NCBI GenBank assembly: GCA_048013815.1
Contig: CM106585.1
Coordinates: forward strand, 23,746,001 to 23,810,000
Source: Setoptus koraiensis
Taxonomy: Eukaryota; Animalia; Arthropoda
Length of the DNA: 64,000 nt
Reading direction: 5' to 3'
Part shown: in pieces, positions 46,401-60,000 of the stretch
Numbering within the stretch: position 1 is the stretch's first letter
How the letters are laid out: each line of letters opens with the position of its first letter
Position numbers and translations under genes: made by a program
Notes under the pieces: generated by a model
Told to the model about the DNA's origin: nothing
Database searches by the model: none
What the model saw: the letters and a program-made list of their open reading frames with translations, nothing else

Positions 46401-49400
46401 CAACAGAGACAAAAAACTGACTGGGGCCCCGTTTGTGATGATGATAGTGAAATTGGTTAGAGATGGCGCCAAAATTGTTTGGTGAGTGGCGGTGGCAATG
46501 GCAATGAGAGGCAGGGCAAAAGTAATTTTTGTTGTGTCTCGCGCTCGTGTGTGTGTGTGTGTGTGTGTGAGTGTGTGTGTGTGTGAGTGCCAGAGAGCAA
46601 TTGTTGGTGTCAAGCGAGAGTGTCGGCCTGGTATTATCTGCCCTTTTGTATTATCCATTCAATTCACTTATTGCTAATTGGGTATTCGGGTATTTGGCAG
46701 TATGTGAGGCCGCGGCTTGGGTTATAAATGGATCAGCTTCGCATGTGTTGCGTAGGCAAGTTTGCCTAGATGGATGCAAATAAATGGCGAATGTGTGTTG
46801 TCGGTGATATTGCCTGCATGAGACAATATCGCACACGCTTGTGTGATAATAACATCACATATCACATCGTTTGGCGCCTCCGTTGGCCTTGCAACTGCAT
46901 CTATCTACATTTCTACTTTTGCGCCTTGTCATCAATTTGCCATATCTCTTTCTTTCTCCCCTTCTCTCCCTCTCTCTCTCTCGCTCCCTTTCTGTCGCTG
47001 TGCGCAACAACAATATCTCCATAGGTGGTGACACCAGCGATGCCGGCGGTGCCAGAGGTGCCAGCGGTGCGCTAGCAACGAGTGTCTCCCAGAATTCGGG
47101 GGGCTCCAAATTACAACACAATTGGCGAGAAGGAATAAGCAAACAATTGCCAGCCAGCATCAGCCTGGCTGGTTAGGCCAGCCATTAGTGAGCTGCGATC
47201 AGCTGACGATGACAAAGCTGATGGCAAAGTCTCATTATGCCCATTATGTTAAGAACAGCAGCAATTAGATATCAATCATGATGACTGATCTGGCAATTTG
47301 ACCCTCGTTGCCCTCAGCCTGGCTTTGTTTGTTTGTTTGTATGTCTGGATAAATGTTGTCGTTGGCATTGTTGTCGCCGTTGTTGCTGTTGTTGTTGCTG
47401 CTTTTGGTGGCCGTTGTTGCGTCACATTGTCATACTGATTGACTGACTTGGTGACAACTTTTTCTCTGTTCTCTGCTCTTTGCTCTCTCTCATCGTGTTG
47501 CCGGTGGCTCGACAAGCCACTGGCAACACGATGAGAGAGGCGCGAGCTGCAACTTGCAACCAATTGAATAATGGCAAACAATAATGCAATTATTGTTTAT
47601 GCAATTAAAACACTAAACGGCCAAACTGATCGCAACGACAACGAAATAACAGCAACAGCAACGGCGCCTTATGTAACACGCCAGTGTCATACAGCCAGTG
47701 TCATACATCTCGGCCGTGTCATTACTGCACGACGACTGCTCGATATGACTATACTAATTGCTTTCATTTCACGTGCACGGGGCCCCCGATGCCGGTGCCA
47801 GTGTCATGAGTCACATGTAATGTAGTCGTCGTGTGACTGCAAATTGCGCTTTCAGCCCTCTTGCGCCAGCCAGACAACATTGTTTGGCCCTCTATTGGCC
47901 GTTTGTGTGTCAGCTGAAAGCAATCGCAATTTCTCTGACTCGGTTGTTTTGCTGCCAAGTGTGCCCAACAGCCAACAAAATAACAGGTCTCGTCTCGGTC
48001 TCCAAATTAACTGTTTTTCTTTAACGGTATCGTAACAGCGATTGGTCGGCTGCACTCTCGCCGATGCAACCGACCAATCGCAAATCGATGAAGCTGCCAC
48101 GCCAAAGTCAATTGGGGCCATAATCTGCCACTATCACACCGCCTATGTCGCCTCAAGAGGTAGCTATTTTGCACTGGCTGCCAGTGCAACCAACCAACGG
48201 TCTATCTGACAACTGAGACACACTTGTGATAAATATAGAACTGGCTCAATTGGGCCCCTCGACGAGTGCTCGTTGATGCTGCTCGTGGCGGCTTGTGGGC
48301 CCATTTGTAAGACCCGTCGTAAAACGCCATTGTTAGGCGCACAAATGCTCGTGTTGCGCAATGTGAGCGCTCCAAAACTGCAACTCAACCGCCAGCGATG
48401 ATGAAAAGAGATTTGCAGACACGGGGGCCCCATAGAGACGGATAAGAATAAGAAAAGCAGGGATAATAAAAGCAAACTAATTCTGATTGCGCACAACGGC
48501 AGCACAACGGCAACACAACGGCAACACAACGGCGGCCGACTAACGTTTTCAATAATACGCTTTAACACGCCACACTTTCATTTGCTCTTGTCTGTTTGTA
48601 TCTCTCTCGCTGTGTGTCCAAATATCGCACTTGTTCGCCATGCAGTCAATCAAGAAATGGTAATTTTTGTTGATGCACCCCCATACATAGGTTGCGTATA
48701 TTGTGTGAGTGTGTCTAGTCTTGCTCACTGGCCCCCTCGCCCCTCGGCCCTGGCCCGTCGGCCCTCAAGCCGCTCGCCCGCCCCCAGCTAACAAGATCGC
48801 GCGCACTTATTATCTCGACAGGTGCATGCTCGTCCCCAGGCTCGAGGGCTCGCCAGCTAGTGGGCGCCTAGTGGATGGCCCAATGTTTGGCTCGTTGAGA
48901 GGCTCTCCCACCGGCTCGCTCGGCGGCGCGCTCGGCGGCCCGCTCAATGGCGCGCTCAATGGCACGGGGTCCCTGGCGAGATATTATATATTGTTGTGTT
49001 GTTGGCTGCACAATTATCCGTTGCAAAAACAAATTACCACACACGAACCATAACACCGACAACAACAACAGCAACAACAATTGTTGATGATAAACTCTCG
49101 CCGGGTCGCCAACAGAAAGTGCCCGATAGTGCAAACAATGGTGCAACTGGGCAGCCAGCTCAACGAGCAAACGTCAATATACTTATATAAGTAGGCAATA
49201 TAATGCATTTGGTGCCTCTATATAAAATGCAAATAGTCGTGTGCATTTGATCGTAATGGTTGTGGCTCGGGTTGTTGTTATTGTCCGTGCACAGCAACAA
49301 TTGATGACAAGGTGGGGGTGATATTAGATAATTAGATGCTCACCCGAAGCGAATCACCCGACGCCACTCGCCCGACACCAAGCGCCCGACGCCAAGCGCC

Positions 49401-49841
49401 CGACCCCGAGCAGCCGACGCCGAGCAGCCGACGCCGAGCAGCCGACGAGAGAGCCAGCGTATAGACGATTCTTTTGAAATAAATTGAATCGCAAATTTGG
49501 CTCACTCTCTCCTCGGCACCGTTAATGTTCGCTAAACTAACTCGTTAGCAGTGCAAATCAATCGACTCGCCCCCGTTTTGTTCAGTTTGTTGTTTGCTTC
49601 TTGTTCGTGTGAGCTGCTCGCCAGATAATAGTACCGCTTGTCTGGCGTGCATATTATACCCGGCCCAATAGCGCCCAAGTAGCGCCCAAGTAGCGCCCAA
49701 ATAGCAGCCAAACAGCAGCGGATGGCTGAGGTAATGAAGTGGGCCAAATAGATTGCCCGTTGCTGGCTGCAGTGGGTGGTAATCTCGGAGTAAACTGTCG
49801 ATGCGTTCACACGAGTCGCCTTATATTGTTCGAGGTCTCGT

Positions 49842-49972
49842 CTTGCGTTATCGAGACTTGCGTTATCGAGACTTGCGTTATCGAGACTTGCGTTATCGAG
49901 ACTTGTGTTATCGAGACTTGTATTATCGGGGCTTGTATTATCGAGACTGGCATTATCGAGACTGGTATTATC
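49842..49972. repeat. 15-bp minisatellite (CTTGCGTTATCGAGA)n, about 8.7 copies degenerating rightwards
   Basis: Direct reading; it yields the DNASL, VIETC and RYRDL repeat ORFs. Confidence 0.95.
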
Positions 49973-51853
49973 AGCGCGTCCCACTGTGAGCTCGACGGAC
50001 ACGCAGAGGTGAGCGAAATTCGCCGCAATACCCAGCTGGTCGCCTTGACTTGAACGGTTCTTGAACGGTGAACTCGGCATCATAGTATTTGTTGATAGTT
50101 GACAGCTGAGTGCGCCCCCTCTGCAAACCACCGTATACCACACACTATACGCGACCAACGGATGTAAGACGACGAAGCCCGACAAAATCAGCTTATCTTT
50201 CTACGGCGAGCAACGGATAAAGATCCGGCTGTGCCTGCGATCAATTTACCTTTGTGAAGGCCAGAGGTAACATGATCATCAGCGGCCTCATCTGCGCCTG
50301 GTTGTCGCGTAGATGCGCAGCACAGCACAGCACAACAGTGGCCCACTGTGCGCCAGCATGAATGGGGCCCGATGCAGACCGATTGTTCACCTGTCCGCGA
50401 TATCGCACCGACAGCGACCGACAGTGAACGGCAAAACAGCAAACAAACACATCGGCAAGTTGATGGATCTTGACAATCACACAGCCGCTGTTTGATATAC
50501 CCCAATTGCAGGCAAGACGAAATGAAACTTGTGCCAGTGACTCGCCGGCAGTGAGCGGCTCAAAGGGCCCCAAAGCAATATATTTGGCCATACAGCACAT
50601 ACGGCATACATTGCTGTATGGCATAGTCATGTCCGTTAATTCGCGCCCGTTTGCGTTATGCAAATTGCGCCTTTACCTGCGAATGCATGTAAATTTTGCA
50701 TTGCATTGTGTTATTCGTTGTGTGTGCTGGCGCCCCTTTAATTGATCAGGGCCCCTCTCTTTACAATTTCTTTCAATCTGTCTGTCTGTCTGCCTGTCTG
50801 TTTGGCTCTGCCTGCCTGCCTGCCAGTCTGTCTGGTTTGTTTGGTTGCCTAGCCAATGGCAGACGTGCAACGGTATTATGTAGATGTCGCTCTATTTATG
50901 CCCATGCAAATAGACAAACATTGATAAGTCGTGTCACAAGCTTGTCGAATGGCGCTGAAAGGAGCGGCCTCATTCCAAATTCATTCATTTCCAAATTCCA
51001 AATTCCAAATTGGCCGCTTGATCAATTGTCGACAAGTCGCTTGTTGATTGGGCCTCCGTTTGTCTGTTTGGCTGTGTCTGTTTGGCTGTGTCTGTCTGAC
51101 GTGTTTGCCAACTGTGGCCACAGTTAGTCGTGCGTTGCAAATTGAATGAATTGTGCAAATTGAAAGGGGCCCCTTTCTCTATTTCTCTATTTACAGCGAT
51201 TGTCCGATGGGGAGCACTGTTGCCGGCTTTGTGCTATCAATGGGCTCAGTTGTTGAGCTGTTACAACTGAACACCAGTGCCGGCGCCAGTCACTATGTCA
51301 CAATGGGGCCGAGATGCGGCCCCTAGCCAACAATATCCGTACACTGTATATGTGAGCCGTGTGTCTATTGAATTGAACTTAAGAGCTTGCCCTTAATAAA
51401 TGGTTTCCGTGCTAAGGGTGAAAAAGTGACCCATTTGGGCCATCGTTGCCGATCTTGCCGATCTTGTCAGTCTTGCCGACCTGCCGACCTGCCGATCTGC
51501 CGATATTGCCGACCTGCCGATCTTGCCAGCAGCCAGCAGCCGGTAGCCGGTAGCATGGTGCCAAGACCCAGGCGAGAGGTGTGTTGCACAATAGTTGTAG
51601 CCATGTCGCTATATTTAGTGTCTACCTTGTACCATTGGCGCTAACTACCAGATATTTCGGTATCTCACCAGCTACGTAATGGCGCTGTATCAATATAAAT
51701 ATTTGTCAGCTAGCCCATATAGCACACACACACACACAGGATATATATAGCCTCTAGCATCGGTGTATATGCACCGGTATCCGTAGTAAAAACGAGCATC
51801 TAGAGTGTATATCCAATGGCTATACAGATATACAGCCACTCGTTAATACTATA

Positions 51854-51919
51854 GATACTCGTGATACTCGCGGATACTCGCGGATACTCGCGGATACTCG
51901 TGGATACTCGTGATACTCG
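51854..51919. repeat. 9-10-bp minisatellite (GATACTCGYG)n, 7 copies
   Basis: Direct reading. Confidence 0.9.
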
Positions 51920-54900
51920 GGGGCGTGCAAGTGGCCCAGTTAAGAGATAGGTGTTAATGATGGCTGAAAGTGTGCGTGTGTGTGTGTGTTAACGATCAAA
52001 CAGTATCAATCATAAGTAGCGTCTCACTCTCTCGCAGTAACCGTTTTATCCAACCAGAGACTAAATCGAGCCGAGGAGCCTCTTTAGAGCTTGCTCAATC
52101 TTTACAAGGAAAAATCCCCGACGACACGTTGGTGCCAGCTCGCCAAGAATGGTCTTAAAGAAGCAAGCGATTTATTTATTATATACCTGGCCCACTATAC
52201 ATGTACATTTACACTGGCACAGCACAGTATCTCATATCTGGCTCTCGTTTGGTTTATATATCGCTGATATAACGCCGATGCTAACAGATATAAAGGATAG
52301 GGGCACGAGCAAGCGAACGAGAGGCCACACACGACAACAAGCAGTGCAAGTGGCTGACATGAGACAGGCCAAGACACAGCCAGAGGTTAGCAGCAAACCT
52401 GGATTTTCCCTGGGGCACTTATCGGGTACGTTCCGGGTATCATGTAGCCTCAGACGGGCTCAGATGGGCGCCCATGCCCGCGTCACAAACGAACCAACCA
52501 GCAGTTTTCTTTCACCTGCCCACACACACACACAAGATGAATGGTTGGAGGCACCTACTAGGGCGTCGATAAAATACATTAGCTCACTCCAACTCGTCAG
52601 GGTCCCCATTTGGCTGGCCTCAGTTAGCTGAGCTAATAGTTGAACCCACGGCACACTGTCACAGACAGCCCCAGACGGTGAACCAAAATACTGTTTGACT
52701 TTGGTGTGATATTCAGTTTCAATTGCAGGCCAAGTGCATTGCTCAAGTCTGGCTCGCTGTTATAATTGCATATATGCGTATGTACATGATACTGATCACC
52801 GATGGATCACCGATGGATCACCGATGGATCACCGATGGATATATCATCATATTGAACGTGCCTGTGACAAAATCACAGAAAAGCACAAATCAGCTGCCGA
52901 TGGCGTTGAAATATTTTTGTCAAGCAAAGCTCATTGGCTGAAAACAGCCAACAAAACGGGCACTGAACATGCCAACAATAAGATATGAGATCAAATAATT
53001 ACTTGTCGTATTAGCTGGCTGGCCCTTAATTCATCAATTCTATATGTATGACTGAGGCCTCCATTAATCGAGTCTCAATACTAAACTTGAGAAAGTTGCT
53101 AGTTTAGTGCGATTGAGAATATGGCTAGAATTGGATTAGAATTTGATTGATATTGTCTCGTTGTTTTGTGCCACTAAAGTTGCCTCGAAAGCTGATTAAA
53201 GTTCAATCCGATTTCTCATTCAAGTTAATAAAACCAAAATCTTTTCTTTGTGCCTGTAGAGTTGACATTGATTATGAACTGAATAAATCCTATCTGCGTT
53301 GTCTCGCTAACAGCCACAGACAGTTTAGGTCAACTTGTGATCCAACACTGACGAGTTTTGTAAGTTGTAAGTCTAATATTAGTGCGCACTTTTATTGCAC
53401 GTACGCATAAGATATTGCATCTTGGCCTCGTACTTGGCACGTGACAACTAAATCAATGTGATAAATGACGAGTCATGTCATTTTGTTCATAATATTGTTT
53501 ATGATGATTAGATAGCATATGGTACACATTGGTGTTATAAGTTATATACATACAAGTTTTACATAGCAATGCAGTTATATATAGCCAGCCATATATGCCA
53601 CTAACCAGTGACAGTGGCGACCAGAAACAACAAATCTTGCCAGAGCAGTGCCACTATTTGGACTGCTCAAAATCAGGCTACAACTGGCCGATATTGCTTG
53701 AGACCTATTTTGAATAATTATTTGGCGCCAAAAACGAGCAACCTAAATTAATTGCTCATCATGTGTGTCTATTTAGGTATCATTGCTATTGACAACTCTT
53801 ATCTCGTTTTAACATACCCGCTGCACTTGCTGTAAACACTTGCTCAACATAACTGTTAACTCCATTGATAAATCCCGATCCATCTATTTAGGTTTGGTAA
53901 TGGATATCAAGTGCTGGCTAGTAACGGTATTGGATTGGCGGGTAGGCGCACTTACGCAACATACATACAACATATTAGCACATTGCTTGTGGATAATCCC
54001 ATCGGATTGATATCACTTTATGATGATGATGACGCCAGACAAGTGCGAGACACACACTCAGATTTGAGACATTTTCTAAAGATAACAACAACAGCAACAA
54101 TGTAGTCATACGAGAGATAAATTCAATGTCGATTCTCTACTTAAACTTTCTCTCAACTTTAACCGATACTACACAACATACGCTATGTCATTATAACTAA
54201 AAGCCAGTTAAAATGACGCAACGAGTTCCAGTTTTCTTGGAACAAGCCGAAACAAGCTTGCACTGGCACTGCACTGAATATTTATTTATACCCCAGCCCA
54301 GCCCATCCGAGCCGAACCGAACCAAACGGAGACAGCCTCAGTGAACCCCAGGGCTTCGTTTTGGCCAGCCTCGCTGCTCAGCTGATTGGTGGCTTGCCAT
54401 TAGCTCACTTATACTTGATGTAACTTCTACTCGATGTAACTTGTACTCGATGTAACTTATACTTCATGTAACTATCTGATCGGATGGGCTTGTGTTGCGT
54501 CGCCAAACAAACGTGTGTGCATAGTGATAAATTTGGCCTCACTGCCGATGGATTTAGTTTTTTCGCTGTTGTTATTAAGAAGTTGAGATTTTTAGGTTGG
54601 GGCCCCGCGTCCCTTTCAAGAATTCCGCCTAATGGGGCCGCCGTCAATAACACGGGCGGCCTGTGTGTACGTATGAGTCGACAAATAACTTATTAGAAAC
54701 TTTCTGAGTGATTTTCTGCCTGATTTTCTGTGTCGACTCACTCTTGTGACTCGCCAATTTGGTCGCTCGCTGCTCACTGATTGCCAGCCATGAGCGACAA
54801 AACAATTTCAACGACAGCAATGAGACAACTGACAATGAGCCTGCAATAAATTTAAACACTGGCGAAATTCAATTTGCCATATCATTTCGTTTGCCGGCGA

Positions 54901-57744
54901 CTGTAGCTGGCCGGTTTGTGTGAATTGGGCCCGCGTGAAAGTGAGCTCGTTCACACATTCAGCGCGGCCACTGGCGACAAATGTTGGCCCACAAAAAGAT
55001 TTGATTACGCCCGCCAACAGAGTCCCTCTGTCCGGCTAGAACTGGTTAGAACTGGCCGGAATCTGTTAGAAATGGCCACAACTGGCTCATTGCTATATGT
55101 GACTGGAGCAGAAAATATCCAGCCAGCGCCAATATTTTCTCTTTAAAATATTGGCACTGTTGCTGTCTAGTCACTAGTGGTCACTAGTAGTGACTCACCA
55201 GTAGTGACTCACCAGTAGTGAGGCTCGGCGAGCACGCACACCAACTGGCGACCGTCAACTAGGACAACTAGCGACGATACCCGCAAACACGAGAAGAACA
55301 ACGCGTCGGGCATAATGGCCCAAGAAGAGATATTTACGACAGCTCACAAGTAAGTAATGATTCGAATGATAGAGCGATTCTGTCACTGGGCTCGCTCGAA
55401 GAACAAAAAGAACGCAGCTCCACAACGATTGCTTCTCGTGCTTTTCGTTGCGCAACTTGCAAATTGTAAATTGTAGGCCGAACGGACTTGTGTCGTAATG
55501 AATACGCGACAACAACACCAATCATACAACAACAGCAACACGAGCTCAGGCCATCAGCTGACTGGCAAAGTTTAAAATCGCTCATTGTAGTACGAGGCTC
55601 GTATGTGTCACACAAGTCAAACGATGGCCGGCTAATAGTTGCCAGCAACTAATGACACCGACAAACAAAAACACAACCAGCCATAGAATACAATGATGAC
55701 AAGAAAGATAACACTAAATGACCGCCAGAGCGCGTGCGACCGGCCAGCGACAACAATTTCGCTAGCCATTAGTTAGCAACTTGGGCCCACTATTGCAAGC
55801 ACCTGCCAAGCGAAAAGTTGGCTGGCCTAGCCTAGACAAATTGGCCAGTAGATGGCCAGTTGACAGTTGTCAGTGGCGCGTAGTCATTAACCAGCATTAA
55901 CCTAATGGCCAGCACTAGTGACACCGTCACTTCCGGTGTATCATGTTTACAAGTGTTATGTGATAGTATGAGAGTGGGCGACGCAGTGACACTTATCGGC
56001 ACTTGCAGCCAAGTAAGTTACAGGTATACTTATACCTGCATATGTATTTTAGTTGGTTTAGTTGGTATAGTTGGCTGGCTAGTTGACGGTGCCTACCACC
56101 AGGGCAGCGGCAGTTTTGCGGCAGTTGCGGGCTGCAGCAGCAGCAACAGCAGCAGCATTTGTGATTACGTTACCAACAAAATTGATAACAGCTAGCGACA
56201 TGCAGCTAGCAGAGCAAACAATTGTGACAGCAGATATATTGTCGCCAGGGGCAAAAGTTAATGAGTTGTTGCTCCAATTACCTAATTCAGCTCTTGTTTT
56301 TGTTGTAGCTCGCGTTGTTGTTTGTTTGTTATGAGGCAAGCGTTATTGGGGCCAGCATGCATATACCATACACATATAACTATAAGCAATGGCGTATATA
56401 TGCGACCAGGCCAGAATGCCCATAAGCCATGACTGTCTTTGGCTGCTGGCTTGCCGTTGCTCGTTGATTCAACAGCACACCGTTGTTGTTGTTGTTGTCG
56501 TTGCCGCTGCTGTTGTTGTCGCTGCTGTTGTTGTCGCTGCTGTTGTCGTTGCTGCTGCTGTTGGGTGATTAATTAACGAGGTGTCGCCAATGACAATAAT
56601 CAAATAGCAACTCCACAGCGAGCTAGCGAGCCAACGGTTACAATGGCGAACTGGTTGACCAACTGGTGATATCAGCAGCAAACAGAGCCAAATCATTGTG
56701 AGATGAACCTTCGAGCCCGAGCTTGTTTGTGCTGCAAACTTCACCAGAGAGCGCCAAGACCATTGTTGGCCATTGTTGTTGGCTTGTTAGATGGTTAGTT
56801 GGGCTCGTATGCCAACGGCCGATTGTCGAGAGATTGCCCTTCGAAAGGGCTCCACAATCGCTCTGGCTGCAGCTTAACGAAGTTGCAATCAGCACCAAAA
56901 TGATGGTGATGCTGGTAGCGCCTAAATCTGGCTGCAGCACATATAATGATGATGATAATAATAATAACAATAATCGATAAATAATGTCTCTATATCTCGG
57001 CTATATCTCGGCTATATCCCGGCTATATCTCGACTATATCGTTGCTATATCTCGACGCTTGGCTGTAACTCGCTTGGCGTCTCTGTCGTGGTGCAGTGGC
57101 CATCTCTTGGCTGTGTCCCCCCTCCCAGTCGCTGCAAGACAGCGCCCTGTCCTGTGATAGCGAGCGTTTCTGCTCTACTAAACTCGCGAGTTGCAGCAAG
57201 CCGACCAAGCCAGCCAAACGGCAACAACAATGACAACAACAACGACAACAACAACGATGACAAACGGCAACTGTTATATCATAACTGGAACTGTAATATT
57301 ATAGATGCCAAGCCGTCACCATAAGTGTAAGTACAAGTATCAGCTCAACAACAACAACAACAACAACAACAAAGTGCGACAACACATAACAGAACCGTTA
57401 TATAATCAGTGGGCCCGCGAGCGCGATTGTTGTCATCAGGCTGATGGCCACTGCACTAGCCACTGCAAAACATTGTCACTGAACAAGCTCATTCTTTGTT
57501 GCCACTGTTGTTGTTGTTGTTGCTGTTGTTGTTGCTGTTGTTGTTGTTGTTGCTGCTGTTGTTGTGGCTGTCGTTGCTGTTGGCGTTAGTTGTAGTGCTC
57601 TGTGCGACTCATCCGATGATACAATGGTATTCGCGCACACACCATTAGCTCGCTGGCAGCAGCAACTCTCTGGCGGAGAATTGCAAGAATGTGCAAACAC
57701 TGGGCCCCGAAAATTGATTAGGACTTGTGCTACAGGCAGACACA

Positions 57745-57747
<3 letters not shown>

Positions 57748-57785
<38 letters not shown>

Positions 57786-57807
57786 GTGTGCGTGTGTGTG
57801 TGTGTGT
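57748..57807. repeat. (GT)n microsatellite (others at about 46548-46585 and 59935-59996)
   Basis: Direct reading. Confidence 0.95.
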
Positions 57808-59964
57808 GGAGGGGGGGGAGCGATCTCAGATTCAGACGAAACAAGTGAGTGTGTCTGCTCACCTAAGCTTGTGCTATCTGTTTGCCCGAGTGTGCCCGTC
57901 AAGTGAATCAACAACCATCGAACAGCCAATGACCAAAATATCCAAATGCGATCAATCCAACAATCACATCACATTAATAACGTGCGGGCCGGTCCACTCG
58001 TGTCAGTCCGAACACAACAAACAACCAAACTGAAGCACGGCAACGTATGCTGACGAGCGAGCATGTTGCCATGTACCAGCACAGGTGAGCAAGTCAGGTG
58101 AACTGGCACAGGTGAGCAGGTGCCGGCGAGTGTAACGGTACTCAGTCGACAGTCAGTGTACCGTTAGTGGCGGCTGTTCATGATTTACTACCAGTAATAC
58201 AGGCAGTAGTACAGGCACAGTTAGACACTTTTTTGCGCGGCTCAGTGGGTTACGCAACGCTCATTACACTTGCAATCGCACGCTTTGTTTTTTAAACTTT
58301 TGCACGCGTTTGTTGGGCAACAACATTCACACTGTTATTATTATTATCATTATAATTTTTTTCTTCTTTCTTTTTGTTTTATCCACGCACACCCACCCAC
58401 TAACCAGTAAAATTTATAGTTATTAACTGAACGAGCGCAAACACACAATCACTCCTGTCAAGGTGTCAGCTGGCTTGCTCATATTTATACATGGTAACAC
58501 ATTTTAAAGAGCACACATTTTTACTGTTGCGCAATGTTGCCTATTGCTGGACACAATAAGTCTGGCAAGACTGAATTTGACACAAATTTAAAATAGAATT
58601 ATCAATTGTGAGATTCGCATCTGCTGAGTTGTGGCGAGAGGTTAAACTGTTAAAAGTTGTGCCGTATATAACTCTCACACCACAATCTCAGCGCTATATG
58701 GGGCACAACTTTTTTCGCGCCACCTCTCTTTGCCGGACAGAAGTATGAGACAGTGTCATTGCATTGGTGTATCATTAAATAAGTAAAATTAGATCCTACC
58801 GAGCTAGACACAATTTGCTTGACACAAACAACGACAGCTGCTTCTATTTATGTTTTTCCGTCACGATGTGAGGCGGCGCAGCGGGCCAGTTGGGGCCCAG
58901 AGCGGGGGCGATAGATCTATCTAGATGGATGTTTGGCCCACAGCACACACTGTCGGCGTACAACTAAACCAACGTAGTGTCTATATACGAACACACATAC
59001 GCAACCATATACAAATGCATTTATTTTTATACATTTGTATTTGTTTGCTTGTGCCGGCAGCGGCAGCAGAGGACCCAAAAAGGCGCCAAATTGAACATAA
59101 TGATCAATCACTTGTCATGCTTGCGCAATTACTCCCCCAAACAAACTCATTGTTGTTCGTGGGGCCGCCGCTAGGCAGAACGCATTCGCGAGTGCTCATT
59201 CAGATGTTATGATGATCGCCAATTTCGCTTGCATATGCACACACATTTATCCGTTGTCAGTCGTGAGCAAGTTGCAAGGAGCGTCCATTGTGCGCGCTAC
59301 GTGGCAATATTTGCCAAAATCTCGAGCTGGATATTGAATATCCAAGGTGAATAGTTGCGCAAATATCTGTCGGTTGTTGTTATCAATCGAGTGGAAAAAT
59401 ACATGGCCGATTGTTGTGCGTGTGTGTGTGTGTGCAACCACTTGTGCCACTCTGCTAGCTTTTGCACAGATCAGCACACACTCGCAGGAATGAGCGGTAA
59501 TGATGGTCCGATGTTGCTCGCTAAAGCAAACAACAAAACTATGATACCAAGCGCCATGATTGCGCATGAGCTTCTTGGTGTTGTTATTATGTGATATGTG
59601 TGCATACGAGGCGTGCACAGCGAGCGATCAGTGCGCGCCGGCGATATCGGCCCTGGTGGCGCGCGACAGTGTCACGGTGTGACATAGGGTCGCGCGCGAC
59701 TCGCGTCCATTGGTTGGCGCATCGGCCGGCCGGCCATTGAATGCAATGAGACACACGAACAAGATTGAGATGTCGGATAGATGGCGGCCACAGCAAGTGA
59801 GCGATGCCAGCGATTACAGCGCCCGCCGCCAGAGGTTAGGTCACGAGCGGCCCGTGGCAACGAGCGCTATTATGTAATAATAGAAACAAAAAGAAAAGAA
59901 AACTCGATGCCTCTGCCGGCGGTTGTTGTAATTTGTGCGTGCGTGTGTGTGTGTGTGTGTGTGC

Positions 59965-60000
<36 letters not shown>

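Noticed and set aside
49842-49972. CRISPR-like regular repeats
   Set aside because: The units are contiguous with no unique spacers, the context is eukaryotic, and there are no cas genes.
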